From Longimicrobiales bacterium (GTDB lineage: Bacteria; Gemmatimonadota; Gemmatimonadetes; Longimicrobiales; Gaopeijiaceae): a stretch of DNA of 64,000 nucleotides. The number at the start of each line of letters is the position of its first letter. The stretch's first letter is position 1. This document shows, one piece after another, positions 41,442 to 50,958 of this stretch. A program made the translations under genes and the position numbers. The notes below the pieces were generated by a model. That model saw only the letters and a program-made list of their open reading frames with translations, did no database searches and had not been told where the DNA came from. The stretch lies in NCBI GenBank assembly GCA_965202805.1, contig OZ241869.1, positions 2,080,001 through 2,144,000 on the forward strand, read 5' to 3'.

Positions 41442-43145
41442 CTACTTGAATACGCGCTCGAACTCGTCGCGCTGCGAGTTGGTGCCGACGAAGAGCACGT
41501 GCTCTCCCCTGCGGATGACGCGTCCCGGCCGCGGATGGGGATTGACCACCCCGTTGCTCTCCACCGCGATCACGGCGAGTCCGGTGCGCGCCAGGATCCC
41601 GCTCTCGCGCAGCTGCTTGCCGTCCAGCGAGCGGGGCACTTCCGCGTTGAAGACGTCGAGTCCCTCTCCGAAGATCATGGGTTCCCTGCCCCGCAGGGCG
41701 CCCACAACCGACTGGATCTTGATCTGCGAGTCGCTCACGGCGAAATCGGCGCCGGCGCGATGGATGGCCTCGACGTTGGAGGGATGGCTGACCCGGCTGA
41801 CGATGATCGTGTCCGGGTTGAGCTTCCGGCAGTAGACCGCCAGAAAGATGTTTGCGGCGTCATCGTTGGTGGTCAGCACCACGGAAGCCGCCTCCGAGAT
41901 CCCGAGCCGCGTCATGACGCGGCTGTCCGCCGCGTCCCCGATCACGATGTCGCTGGTCACCTCTTCGATGCTCTCGCGCAGCGTCGGGTCACGCTCCACG
42001 ATCCGAACCTCCGCCCCGCGCCCTGCCAGGGCGCGCGCCACCTCGCGTCCGACCCGTCCTCCGCCGATGACGAGCACGCGTCCCCCGCAGGTGATGCCCT
42101 CGCTCAGGTATTCGTTGAGCGCCTCCACCTCGGCCACGCTTCCCACCGCCAGCCCGATGCAGTCCTCCCGCAGCATCGTGTCGGGCAGCCCCGGCTCCAG
42201 GTGGCCCCTCTTGGCGAGGGCGGCCACGGTCACGCCCGTTTCCGCCCGCACCTGGGCGTCCTCCAGAGTCATCCCGGCAAGACGGGTATTGCGGATGGGA
42301 AACTCGGCGATCGCGATCTGCCTGTAACGACCGATGGTGAGCGCGCGCGCCGAACCGACCGACACCCGGCTGGCCAACTGCTTGCCGAGCCTGCGCGCGG
42401 TCAGCACGACCTGGTTGGCCCCGGCCAGTTCCAGCACCGCCTCCCCCTCCGGGTTCACCGCGGTGGCCACGATGGGCACCCGCTCCGAAACCTCGCGCGC
42501 CGTGAGCACGATGTTGGTGTTGACCTCGTCCGCCGCGTTGGCCAGCAGGAGGCTCGCGCGCCCGAACGCGCAGTTCTCGTAGGTGGCCCGCACGCCGAGG
42601 CTCCCGCGCACCACCGGCACCTTGTCGGCGTGCAGGGAGGCAGCCCGCAGCGGATCGGACTCGATCACCACGCTCTCGATTCCGGAGAGCGCCAGCCGTT
42701 CGATGAGCTCTTCGGCCACGTCGTCCCAGGTGCTGATGATGACGTGGCCGTCGAGCTCCGCGGGGACGCGTGTGCGCACCCTGGTCTTGAACTGGGCCTC
42801 CACCCAGGGCGCGTAGAAGCGGACGAAGGCCACCGGCAGGTAGATGAGCAGCATGCTGACCCCGGCCACCAGCACCACCATGCTGAATATGCGCCCGAGG
42901 TCCGACTGGAACACGATGTCGCCGAACCCCAGCGTACTCATGGTCGTGAGGGTCCAGTAGATGCCCGTGAACCAGTCGTGCTCCTGGCCCTCGCGCACCA
43001 TCAGCAAGTGGAAGATCGCCGAGGAGACGCCGATGAAGGTGACCAGCACAACCGCGAAGCCCAGCAGGTTCAGAGGCCTCAGCTCGGCGTTGCCGCGATG
43101 GCTGCCGCCGACCAGGTCGGCGATTGCGCCGATGGTTCCCTTCAT
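41442..43145 (-). CDS. Potassium channel with tandem TrkA-N/TrkA-C (RCK) domains
   Basis: Selectivity filter TMSTLGFGD; two RCK pairs; IGGGRVG. Confidence 0.9.
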   Translation of the reverse strand: MKGTIGAIADLVGGSHRGNAELRPLNLLGFAVVLVTFIGVSSAIFHLLMVREGQEHDWFTGIYWTLTTMSTLGFGDIVFQSDLGRIFSMVVLVAGVSMLLIYLPVAFVRFYAPWVEAQFKTRVRTRVPAELDGHVIISTWDDVAEELIERLALSGIESVVIESDPLRAASLHADKVPVVRGSLGVRATYENCAFGRASLLLANAADEVNTNIVLTAREVSERVPIVATAVNPEGEAVLELAGANQVVLTARRLGKQLASRVSVGSARALTIGRYRQIAIAEFPIRNTRLAGMTLEDAQVRAETGVTVAALAKRGHLEPGLPDTMLREDCIGLAVGSVAEVEALNEYLSEGITCGGRVLVIGGGRVGREVARALAGRGAEVRIVERDPTLRESIEEVTSDIVIGDAADSRVMTRLGISEAASVVLTTNDDAANIFLAVYCRKLNPDTIIVSRVSHPSNVEAIHRAGADFAVSDSQIKIQSVVGALRGREPMIFGEGLDVFNAEVPRSLDGKQLRESGILARTGLAVIAVESNGVVNPHPRPGRVIRRGEHVLFVGTNSQRDEFERVFK

Positions 43146-43357
43146 CCGGGGAAATCCCTCATGGCGTGATGTTCTTCATCCCTGCGCGTCCCTCGAATGT
43201 AATGGCTCGACTGGCCCGCGCGGAAATGTCGGGGGAGCGGTCGGCGTCCGGGTCCGCCGCTCCGACGAAGCGCCGCCTTCTCCCCGTGCCATTGCGCGAG
43301 CACGGCTCTGCACGCTACGAGTTGCCCACCGCCATCTCCGGACGCAAGGGAGGACGG

Positions 43358-44035
43358 ATGCCGGTCCGCATGATGCTCGACCCGCTGCGCCGCACAGCCC
43401 GACACCTCCCCATGGTGGTGGGCGTCCTGGTTCTCGGTGCCACCGCTCTCGCCTCACAGGCGGCGGGGCAGGACGAGCCGGGTCCCGGCGAAGCCATACC
43501 CTTCTACATCGACGACGGCGCCGGCATCCCCGGATACCAGCCGTCGGATGACGATCTGGCCCGCGCGGCGTTCGACGCCTGGGCGCGCGAAAGCGGCGGC
43601 CGGCTGCGCTTCGCGGAAACCACCGCCCGGGACGCGCTCATCCACGTGGTCTGGATTGACCCCGCGAGCGGCGTGTATGGGGAGATGCGCACCGTGGTCG
43701 TCGACGGCCGGCCCAGGGCTCTTCTCTACGTGACGCCGAGCGTCGACCTCCAGGGACCCGCCATCGCACGCCTGGCCGCGGACGATCCGCTGCTGCGGGA
43801 CACGATCGTCTACCTGACGTGCGTCCACGAACTGGGCCACGCCATCGGACTGCCGCACACCGCCGACTTCGAGGACATCATGTACTCGTTCGCCTTCGGC
43901 GGCGACATCGTGCGCTACTTCATGCGCTACCGGGAACGGCTCGCCGACCGCACCGACATCGCGAACCACTCCGGGCTCTCGGCGGGCGACCGGGCGGTCC
44001 TGCACGGCCTGTACCCGCCACGGGAGCCGCGTTAG
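43358..44035 (+). CDS. Secreted matrixin-like (metzincin) zinc protease
   Basis: HELGHAIGLPH, Met-turn DIMY; GGGAGG RBS. Confidence 0.85.
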   Translation: MPVRMMLDPLRRTARHLPMVVGVLVLGATALASQAAGQDEPGPGEAIPFYIDDGAGIPGYQPSDDDLARAAFDAWARESGGRLRFAETTARDALIHVVWIDPASGVYGEMRTVVVDGRPRALLYVTPSVDLQGPAIARLAADDPLLRDTIVYLTCVHELGHAIGLPHTADFEDIMYSFAFGGDIVRYFMRYRERLADRTDIANHSGLSAGDRAVLHGLYPPREPR

Positions 44036-44141
44036 CGGCGGCGCGGGCTCAAGCCTGTCGCCTCGGCCGGACTCGTGCGGGGGCGGTTGGACGGGGACCG
44101 ACCCGGACCCTGCCTGGCCGGGCGGCGGTGTCGGACCCGGC

Positions 44142-45305
44142 TCAGCGTCCGTCCACAGGCTCCAGCCTGAGCACCGCGGTCGGCTCGTCGTCACGATGGT
44201 CGATGGCGAGATAGATCAGCCCGTCGGGTCCCTGGCGCACGTCCCGGATCCGCCCCATCCCGTACACCAGCGTCTCCTCCCGGTGCACCGCCTCGCCGTC
44301 CATGACCAGGCGCGCGAGCTGCTCGAGCGCCATGCCGCCGGCGAAGATGTCGCCCCTCCAGCGCGGGAAGGCGTCCCCGGTGTAGAGCATCAGGCCGGAG
44401 GCGCCGATGGACGGCACCCAGACGTGGCTGGGGTCGGCCATGTTCTCGTCCATGGTGCCCTTGTGGATGGCGAGCCCGCTGCGGTAGTTCACGCCGTACC
44501 CCACGACCGGCCAGCCGTAGTTCTCGCCCGCCATCACCAGGTTGAGCTCGTCACCGCCCTGGGGCCCGTGTTCGGTCTGCCAGACGGCGCCGGTCTCCAT
44601 GTCGATGGCCAGCCCCTGCGCGTTGCGATGCCCGTAGGCCCAGATCTCCGGCTCGATGTCGGGGCTATTCAGGAACGGGTTGTCGGAGGGAACGCTGCCG
44701 TCCTCGTTGATGCGATTCGTGGTCCCGTGATGGTTGGACGGATTCTGGGCCGGGTGCGCCTCCAGATCGCCGGAGGGCGGGGCCTGGCGGTCGCCCACGG
44801 TGACGAAGAGGGTGCCGTCCGGATGGAACGCCATCCGGGCGCCGTAGTGGCCCCTTCCCTGCGAGTTCGCGAGGAAGATCTCCCGCTCCGGGGTGAAGGT
44901 GTCGTTCCGGAAGGTGCCGCGCAGCACCGAGGTGGTGGAGCCCCCCTCCACCGGCTTGGCGTAGCTGATGAAGAGGACGTTGTTGCTCGCGAAATCCGGA
45001 TGCGGCAGCACGTCGAAGAGCCCGCCCTGCCCCTGGTCGACCACCTCCGGCACGCCGGGCACCGGATCGGGCAGGAGGTTGCCGTCGCGGACGATGCGCA
45101 GCCTTCCGGGCTTCTCCGTGACCAGCATGTCTCCGTTGGGAAGCCAGGCCATCGACCAGGGCCGGATCAGTCCGTCGGCCACGGTCACGACGCGGTAGTC
45201 GTGTTCGAGCGAGCGGACGACGCCCGACTGCGCCGAGACGGGGGTCGGAGCAAGAGCCGACAGCAGAAGTCCGGCGGCGGCGAGTGCGAAGAAGGAGCGG
45301 GCCAT
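44142..45305 (-). CDS. PQQ-dependent sugar dehydrogenase (GSDH/YliI family)
   Basis: PWSMAWLP, GQGGLFDV, YGHRNAQG, EHGPQGGDELN, NYGWP, RIRDV. Confidence 0.92.
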   Translation of the reverse strand: MARSFFALAAAGLLLSALAPTPVSAQSGVVRSLEHDYRVVTVADGLIRPWSMAWLPNGDMLVTEKPGRLRIVRDGNLLPDPVPGVPEVVDQGQGGLFDVLPHPDFASNNVLFISYAKPVEGGSTTSVLRGTFRNDTFTPEREIFLANSQGRGHYGARMAFHPDGTLFVTVGDRQAPPSGDLEAHPAQNPSNHHGTTNRINEDGSVPSDNPFLNSPDIEPEIWAYGHRNAQGLAIDMETGAVWQTEHGPQGGDELNLVMAGENYGWPVVGYGVNYRSGLAIHKGTMDENMADPSHVWVPSIGASGLMLYTGDAFPRWRGDIFAGGMALEQLARLVMDGEAVHREETLVYGMGRIRDVRQGPDGLIYLAIDHRDDEPTAVLRLEPVDGR

Positions 45306-45441
45306 CTGAGTTCTCCTGAAAGGGTCCAAGTCTATCGGAAATGTTATCGCCGGGACGGAATGCGGGCGAGTGGGGGCGCGATGATCGGGTGCCCGGACGA
45401 TTTCCTGTTGCCGGATCTCCGCGCGGCGCTCGGCATGGCCA

Positions 45442-46797
45442 TCAATTGAAGCCCTGAATGCCCCGGAAACGGTTGTTCACGACGTTGTTGAACAGCGAGC
45501 CGAACTGGAACGAGAACCCGAGGCGAAGATTGTAGTCGTACGAGGTGGCCCGCAGCCGCAGCGCGAGCAGGGCTTCCTCGTCGGTCACGCCCTCCCCCGA
45601 CAGATAGATCTGGTCCTCGACCCGCCGGATGCTGCCGCGCGCATTGATGCTGAAGCCCCGCACCACGCGGTAGTCGATGTCCCCGCGCAGCGAGATGTTG
45701 TAGAGGCTGGTGTCGTGAAGGAACTGGGATCCCTGCAGGGTCACGCCCGCATCGCCCCAGTCCTGCCGCTGCGAGAAGTCGACCTCGAAGGAGTGTTCCG
45801 CGCGCGTCTCCTGGTCCTCCCCGTACGTGGTCGTCTCGAAGTACTCCCGGTACGCCGCGCCGATGCGGTAGGAAGCGGTCAGGGAGCGCCGGGTGGCTTC
45901 CTCGTAGGGAAAGAAGCTGTACTCGATGACGGGGGTCAGTTCGACCCGGACCCGCTGGTTGAATCGCGTCGTGCGCGCGGACTGCAGCTGCATCCCGGTC
46001 GACCAGTGGTCGGCGAGCGCGTAGACCGCGGTCTGGTTGAAGTTCCAGTCCACCCGGGTATCCGAGAAATCGCCGTCGTCGAGCTCCACGAGGAGCCGGT
46101 TGTAGCTGGTCCGGATGTTGGTCCGCACCTTCCATGTCGGGGTGACCCGGGATATGGAGAAGCTGCCGGAGCTCTGCACTCGTCTGCGGGTCGACTCGCC
46201 ATCGAACTCACCGCTGCCGTTGATGCGGAACACCCACAGGTCCCAGCGGTCCTCGACCTCGGAGCGCGCGACCACGCGCTCGCCCGTCACGTCCCGCGGG
46301 GTGACGCTCACCAGGCTCACGATGTCGCGGAATCCGGCACTGGTGGCGAAGCTCGCCAGGCCGACGCCCAGTGCGTGGGCGAAGCCGTCCAGCTGTTCGC
46401 GCTCGGTGTCGGTGGGGGACGACTGGTACCGGACCGCGGACTCGTAGCCTTCGTAGGGGCCGGCGCCGAGGTAGTCGAAGCGAAACTCCCTGCCCCCGCT
46501 GCCGGTGCCCAGGCTGGTGATGATGACGTGCACGTCGGACGCGGCGGGATCTCGCACCCAGTTCACCCAGTCGATCTCGGTGCGGTAGTAGTCGAGGTTG
46601 CACCTGGGGCCGGAGCAGTCGAAGAAGACGTTGGGCCGCTCCACGGGCGCGGCTTCTTCCTGGGCGAGGGCGCGCGCCGGCGCCGGGAGCGCCGCCAGCA
46701 GTAGGAGGGGCGTCAGAGCCGGAAGAACGGCCCGCGGTCGGCGAGTTGAGCCTCGCATGGGGCCGCGAAGCGGAGCTCGGGGGAGCGGAGTGGGCAA
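45442..46797 (-). CDS. Hypothetical secreted/outer-membrane beta-barrel protein
   Basis: Signal peptide; amphipathic strands; C-terminal FGSLFNNVVNNRF; start could be 46758. Confidence 0.7.
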   Translation of the reverse strand: MPTPLPRAPLRGPMRGSTRRPRAVLPALTPLLLLAALPAPARALAQEEAAPVERPNVFFDCSGPRCNLDYYRTEIDWVNWVRDPAASDVHVIITSLGTGSGGREFRFDYLGAGPYEGYESAVRYQSSPTDTEREQLDGFAHALGVGLASFATSAGFRDIVSLVSVTPRDVTGERVVARSEVEDRWDLWVFRINGSGEFDGESTRRRVQSSGSFSISRVTPTWKVRTNIRTSYNRLLVELDDGDFSDTRVDWNFNQTAVYALADHWSTGMQLQSARTTRFNQRVRVELTPVIEYSFFPYEEATRRSLTASYRIGAAYREYFETTTYGEDQETRAEHSFEVDFSQRQDWGDAGVTLQGSQFLHDTSLYNISLRGDIDYRVVRGFSINARGSIRRVEDQIYLSGEGVTDEEALLALRLRATSYDYNLRLGFSFQFGSLFNNVVNNRFRGIQGFN

Positions 46798-47050
46798 CGC
46801 GATGAGGATGGCTGCTGAAGCGCGCTCGGGTTCGGGGCCGTCGGTTCCGGGAGCCCGGCAGGCTCCACGGGCAGGGACTTCGGAAGATGCAATAGTGTTG
46901 AGCCCTGCGGTAGATGCCCGGCGGGGAGCGGAGCGCTACTGGCGTTTTCCGCGCCCACGCGTGCATGATCCGGTACCGCGTGCCCCGGCATGCGCCGCCG
47001 GTACCCGTGACGCGTCACCCGTCCCCGTTCCCGTTTCGGAGGCTCTCCCC

Positions 47051-48769
47051 ATGCGCTGGCTACGACCCTGCTCCGGCTCCCGCGGCCTGTGCGTTGCGGC
47101 CCCCGTTCTCGCTGCTGCGGTCGTCGCGTCGTGCGCGCCCGCCGGGGATGCTCCCGGCACCGGGGAGGCGGCGTCCGCGACGGGCGCCAACCCCATGGTC
47201 GAGCTCCTGTCGAGCGGCCAGCCGGTCTTCGGCATCTTCTCCGGCGAGCACACGCCCGGGCAGGGCGCGCGCATGGCCCGCAACCGGGAGGCGGACTTCG
47301 TCTTCTATTCGCTCGAGTCCGGACCCTTCGACATCCCCGCCATGGAGGCGTACATGGAGGGGATGCGCGAGGGAGCCGGCGATTACGCCCCCCAGCCGGT
47401 GGCGCTGCGCATCCCGCCCATCCGGGACGGGGCCGACTCGGCCCGGGCGCGGGCGCGGGCAGGGCTGGACGCCGGCGCCCGTTCCATCGTGTACCCACAC
47501 GTGGAGAGCGTCGAGGAGGCGGAACTGGCGGTTGGGGCGCTCGGCGACGCGGCGTGGCCGGGCAACCCGGACGGGAACCTGGTGAACATCCTGCTCATCG
47601 AGGACCAGGTCGGGATCGAACGCGCGGCTGAGATCGTGCGCACCCCCGGGGTGAGCGTGGTGATCCCCGGCCCGGGCGACCTGCGGCGCGCCTACGAGGG
47701 GGACATGGAGGCGGTGGAGGCCGCCATCCAGACCGTTCTGGCGGAGTGCCTGGCGGCAGACGTGCCCTGCGGCATCACGGCAGGGCCCGACGATATCGGT
47801 GAGCGCCTCGACCAGGGTTTCAGGTTCTTCATCGTGACGTCGCCGGAGGCGCTCACGGTCGGGCGCGCCCACGCCGGACGGGCGGAGGCCGAGGTCGCGC
47901 GCGCTTCCGGCACGATCGGGCTCTGGGAGCGCGACCTGGCCGCCTTCGGGGTGTTCGTTCCGCCGGAGTTTGCCGGCGGAGCAGGACCGGGCGGGGGCGG
48001 CAGGCCAGGGCCGGGCGCGGAGCCGGGCGAAGGTGCTGAGCCGGGTGGCCCGCCGGGTGCACGCGCGGGTGCTGAGCCGGGGGCCGGCGCGCGCGGACAG
48101 AGGGGGCCGCCGCGATACACCGTCGAGGGTGGGCGTGAGCTGGCGCGCGATCCGCTTCTGGACTTCGTCTTCCTCAACCTGGAACGGAACTACGATCCGG
48201 CCGCGGTCGAGGCGATCGCCACCGGCCTGCGCTCCCCCGGCGCCGCGGGCCGCAAGACCCTGCTGGTGCGCATCCCCTCCATCGAACAGGACGGGGAGGA
48301 AGCCACCCGTGCCCGCGTGCGGGAGGCGCTCGAACTGGGCGCCGACGGGGTCGTCCTTCCGCACGTGCGCAACGTGGCGGAGGCGCGCGCCGCAGTCGGC
48401 TTCTTCGAGGACGCGGGCGCGGACGTGTGGTCGCCGGCCAACCCGGACGGCACGGTGATCGCCATGCTCATGGTCGAGGACCCGGATGCGGTCGCGGAGG
48501 CGGCCGCCATCGCCGATGTGCCCGGCTACAGCGTGCTGGCGTGCGGCATCGGCAGCCTCACCGGCGCCCTCGGCGGGGACCGCGAGGCGGCCGAGCAGGG
48601 CAACCAGGCCGTGCTCGGCGAGGCCACGCGGGCCGGGCTGGCGGACATGATCACCGCGAACGCCGGCGACATCGAGCAGCGGGTCGAGGAGGGATTTCTG
48701 GGGTTGCTCATGCAGGTGGGCGGCGCCGAGGAGGCCATCCGGCTGGGGAGGCAGGCGGCGGGACGGTAA
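47051..48769 (+). CDS. Lipoprotein with two tandem HpcH/HpaI aldolase-like domains
   Basis: Lipobox VVASC; domain 1 LRIP..YPHVES..LIED..GPGDL; domain 2 VRIP..LPHVRN..MVED..GIGSL; GAEPG-repeat insert. Confidence 0.78.
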   Translation: MRWLRPCSGSRGLCVAAPVLAAAVVASCAPAGDAPGTGEAASATGANPMVELLSSGQPVFGIFSGEHTPGQGARMARNREADFVFYSLESGPFDIPAMEAYMEGMREGAGDYAPQPVALRIPPIRDGADSARARARAGLDAGARSIVYPHVESVEEAELAVGALGDAAWPGNPDGNLVNILLIEDQVGIERAAEIVRTPGVSVVIPGPGDLRRAYEGDMEAVEAAIQTVLAECLAADVPCGITAGPDDIGERLDQGFRFFIVTSPEALTVGRAHAGRAEAEVARASGTIGLWERDLAAFGVFVPPEFAGGAGPGGGGRPGPGAEPGEGAEPGGPPGARAGAEPGAGARGQRGPPRYTVEGGRELARDPLLDFVFLNLERNYDPAAVEAIATGLRSPGAAGRKTLLVRIPSIEQDGEEATRARVREALELGADGVVLPHVRNVAEARAAVGFFEDAGADVWSPANPDGTVIAMLMVEDPDAVAEAAAIADVPGYSVLACGIGSLTGALGGDREAAEQGNQAVLGEATRAGLADMITANAGDIEQRVEEGFLGLLMQVGGAEEAIRLGRQAAGR

Positions 48770-48804
48770 TCGCGGCGGCGAACCCGATCCCGCTCCGGGA
48801 TCAT

Positions 48805-48834
48805 CGGGGTCGGCCATTCGGTCGGCCCCGTTTT
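48805..48834 (+). terminator. Rho-independent terminator
   Basis: CGGGGTCGGCC-ATTC-GGTCGGCCCCG-TTTT. Confidence 0.6.
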
Positions 48835-49077
48835 CGGTTTCGGTGCGCGCAGTCCCGGCGCATTGCGCCCGGGAGCCATGCCCCGCGGCCCGGGCACCCC
48901 GGGCATCGGCATCGACCTTCCGTGCGAGCTCTTCGGCCCCGGCATCCGCACCACGCGGATCCAGCACCCTCGTGCTTCCAGCATCCCGCACCACGCGGTC
49001 CATGCGTCCATCAGGTCCCGAATGATCGGTTTAAGGCACGGCTTACCGCCCCGGTCCTCCCTGATATCGGTTATCTA

Positions 49078-49107
49078 TTGTCAATTACCCTTTTCTGATG
49101 CTATCAT
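49078..49107 (+). promoter_or_regulatory. Sigma-70-type promoter of the carH-crt operon
   Basis: TTGTCA-N18-TATCAT with extended -10 TG, in an AT-rich patch. Confidence 0.6.
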
Positions 49108-49148
49108 GACACCTGACTCCGACCGCAAACCGCTCAATCGTCACACCT

Positions 49149-50153
49149 GTGAACGTCTTGACTGCCTCGCCAGCCGGCCTCGAGCCGGTGCACCTCGGCA
49201 CACGGGAAGTCGCAGAGCTTCTCGGCGTGCATTCCTCCACCGTCAAGCGCTGGTTCCGGGGGGCTCCGGGAATCGCGGCCCGCGATGCCGCTCGCCCTGA
49301 ACCCGCCCCGACGGCCGCCCGGGTCGGGACCACCTCCGGAGGGCATCGCCGCATCCCCCTGGACACCGCGCTGCGCGTGGCGCGGGAGCGCGGCAACGAA
49401 GTGTATCTGCACCGGTTCGGAGACGACGCCGGGGCGGTCTGGACCGCGGTTCAGGCGCTGGAGAACGGCGACGCCTCGCCGGCACGAAACCTGCTCTCTG
49501 GTTGGCTAAGGCTTCGGAGGGCGCATCTGATCGGCCGCTTCCTGCACCATGTGACGGCCGCGGATCCGGTCGACGCGCGGGTTCTGGACGGCGTGCTCGG
49601 GGGGTTCATGCGAAGGGTGGGTGAGGGGTGGAGGCGAGGGGAGCTGCGCATCGCCGACGAGCGCGCCGCCTCCCGCGAGGTGAGCGAAACGATTCTCTCC
49701 CTGGTCGGGGGCACCGGCTACGTGAACCGGCAGCAGGTTCCGCAACCGCCGGTGGCCGTCGTCGGCACCATCGAGAACGACCATCACGCCCTCGGCGCGC
49801 TCCTGGTCCGACTGCTTCTGGTTCAGCGCGGGTGGGCGGTCGAGTACCTGGGGAGCCGGATTCCGATTCCGGAAATCGTGGCAACGCAGCGTGACCTGGG
49901 GGCCGCCCTCGTGTGCGTGTCGGTGACGCCGCCCTCGGGCCCCGCCGATGTGCGCCGATTCATCGAGGTGGCGGGCGAACTCGCCGATCCCGGGCGCCCC
50001 TTCGCGCTGGCGGTCGGAGGAAGCGGCAGCAGGAGAGCCGGTTCGGCCGTACGCGCGTGGCCGCTCGGCCGCTCCGCGCGGTTCGCCAGCCTGTCGGCGT
50101 TCCAACGATGGATGGACCGGCACTTTCCGCGGACCACAACGGTTCCCGCCTGA
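49149..50153 (+). CDS. CarH/LitR-like cobalamin-binding MerR-type regulator
   Basis: HTH TREVAELLGVHSSTVKRW..TSGGHRR; VGEGW..E; DHHALG; YLG; heads the carotenoid genes. Confidence 0.82.
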   Translation: MNVLTASPAGLEPVHLGTREVAELLGVHSSTVKRWFRGAPGIAARDAARPEPAPTAARVGTTSGGHRRIPLDTALRVARERGNEVYLHRFGDDAGAVWTAVQALENGDASPARNLLSGWLRLRRAHLIGRFLHHVTAADPVDARVLDGVLGGFMRRVGEGWRRGELRIADERAASREVSETILSLVGGTGYVNRQQVPQPPVAVVGTIENDHHALGALLVRLLLVQRGWAVEYLGSRIPIPEIVATQRDLGAALVCVSVTPPSGPADVRRFIEVAGELADPGRPFALAVGGSGSRRAGSAVRAWPLGRSARFASLSAFQRWMDRHFPRTTTVPA

Positions 50154-50160
50154 TCCGCGC

Positions 50161-50958
50161 ATGTACGGCCTGACCCGGGTAGACAAGATCGGCCTCGCCG
50201 CCCTGGTGCTGTTTTCCATGGCATCGGTCGCCGGGTATGCCACCTTCGGACGGCATCCCGAACTGCTCGCGACGTTCCCCTCGTCGGCCGGGTTTTTTTC
50301 GGTGGCGTTCGAGGTCTTCGCCCGCGGCCACATCATCATCGCGTTCACGGCGCTGGCGGCTTCCCTGTCGGCTCGCGCCGGATGGGGCTGGGTCCCGGGA
50401 CTGGTGGTGGCCGGGGTACTTTCGCTGGGCGCCGAGCTCCTGGGGACCTCCACCGGTTTTCCCTTCAGCGCCTACCGATACACGGAGCTGCTGGGCTACC
50501 GGGTGGCCGGGCTGGTTCCCCTGCCGATCCCGTTCAGCTGGTTCATGATGGCGTTCCCTTCCTACGTCATCGCGCAGGGCATGGCGGATGCGCGAGTTGC
50601 GCGCTGGGGGATCGGGGCGCTGCTGCTGACGACCTGGGATCTGACGCTCGATCCGGCGATGAGTTCGCTCACGCGGTACTGGATATGGGAGACGCCGGGG
50701 CCGTACTACGGGATGCCGCTGGTCAACCTGGCGGGATGGTTCGCCACGGGGGTGGCGATCATGGCCGGATTCGACCTGGTGCGGGCGGGCGAGGTGGCCC
50801 GGCGCATCCCCGTCCCGCTGATGGAGACGTACTTCGCGACGGTGCTGGCGCTCTCGCTCGCGATGACGCTGGTGGGCGGATACTGGGGGGCGGTGCTCGC
50901 GACAGTGGCGGTGCTGGCGCTGGTGAAGGGGGGGCAATGGTGGGTGGCGCGCGACTAG
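50161..50958 (+). CDS. cruF: CruF-like carotenoid 1,2-hydratase (carotenoid biosynthesis membrane protein)
   Basis: ELLGTSTGFPFSAYRY, WDLTLDP, YYGMPLVNLAGW. Confidence 0.8.
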   Translation: MYGLTRVDKIGLAALVLFSMASVAGYATFGRHPELLATFPSSAGFFSVAFEVFARGHIIIAFTALAASLSARAGWGWVPGLVVAGVLSLGAELLGTSTGFPFSAYRYTELLGYRVAGLVPLPIPFSWFMMAFPSYVIAQGMADARVARWGIGALLLTTWDLTLDPAMSSLTRYWIWETPGPYYGMPLVNLAGWFATGVAIMAGFDLVRAGEVARRIPVPLMETYFATVLALSLAMTLVGGYWGAVLATVAVLALVKGGQWWVARD

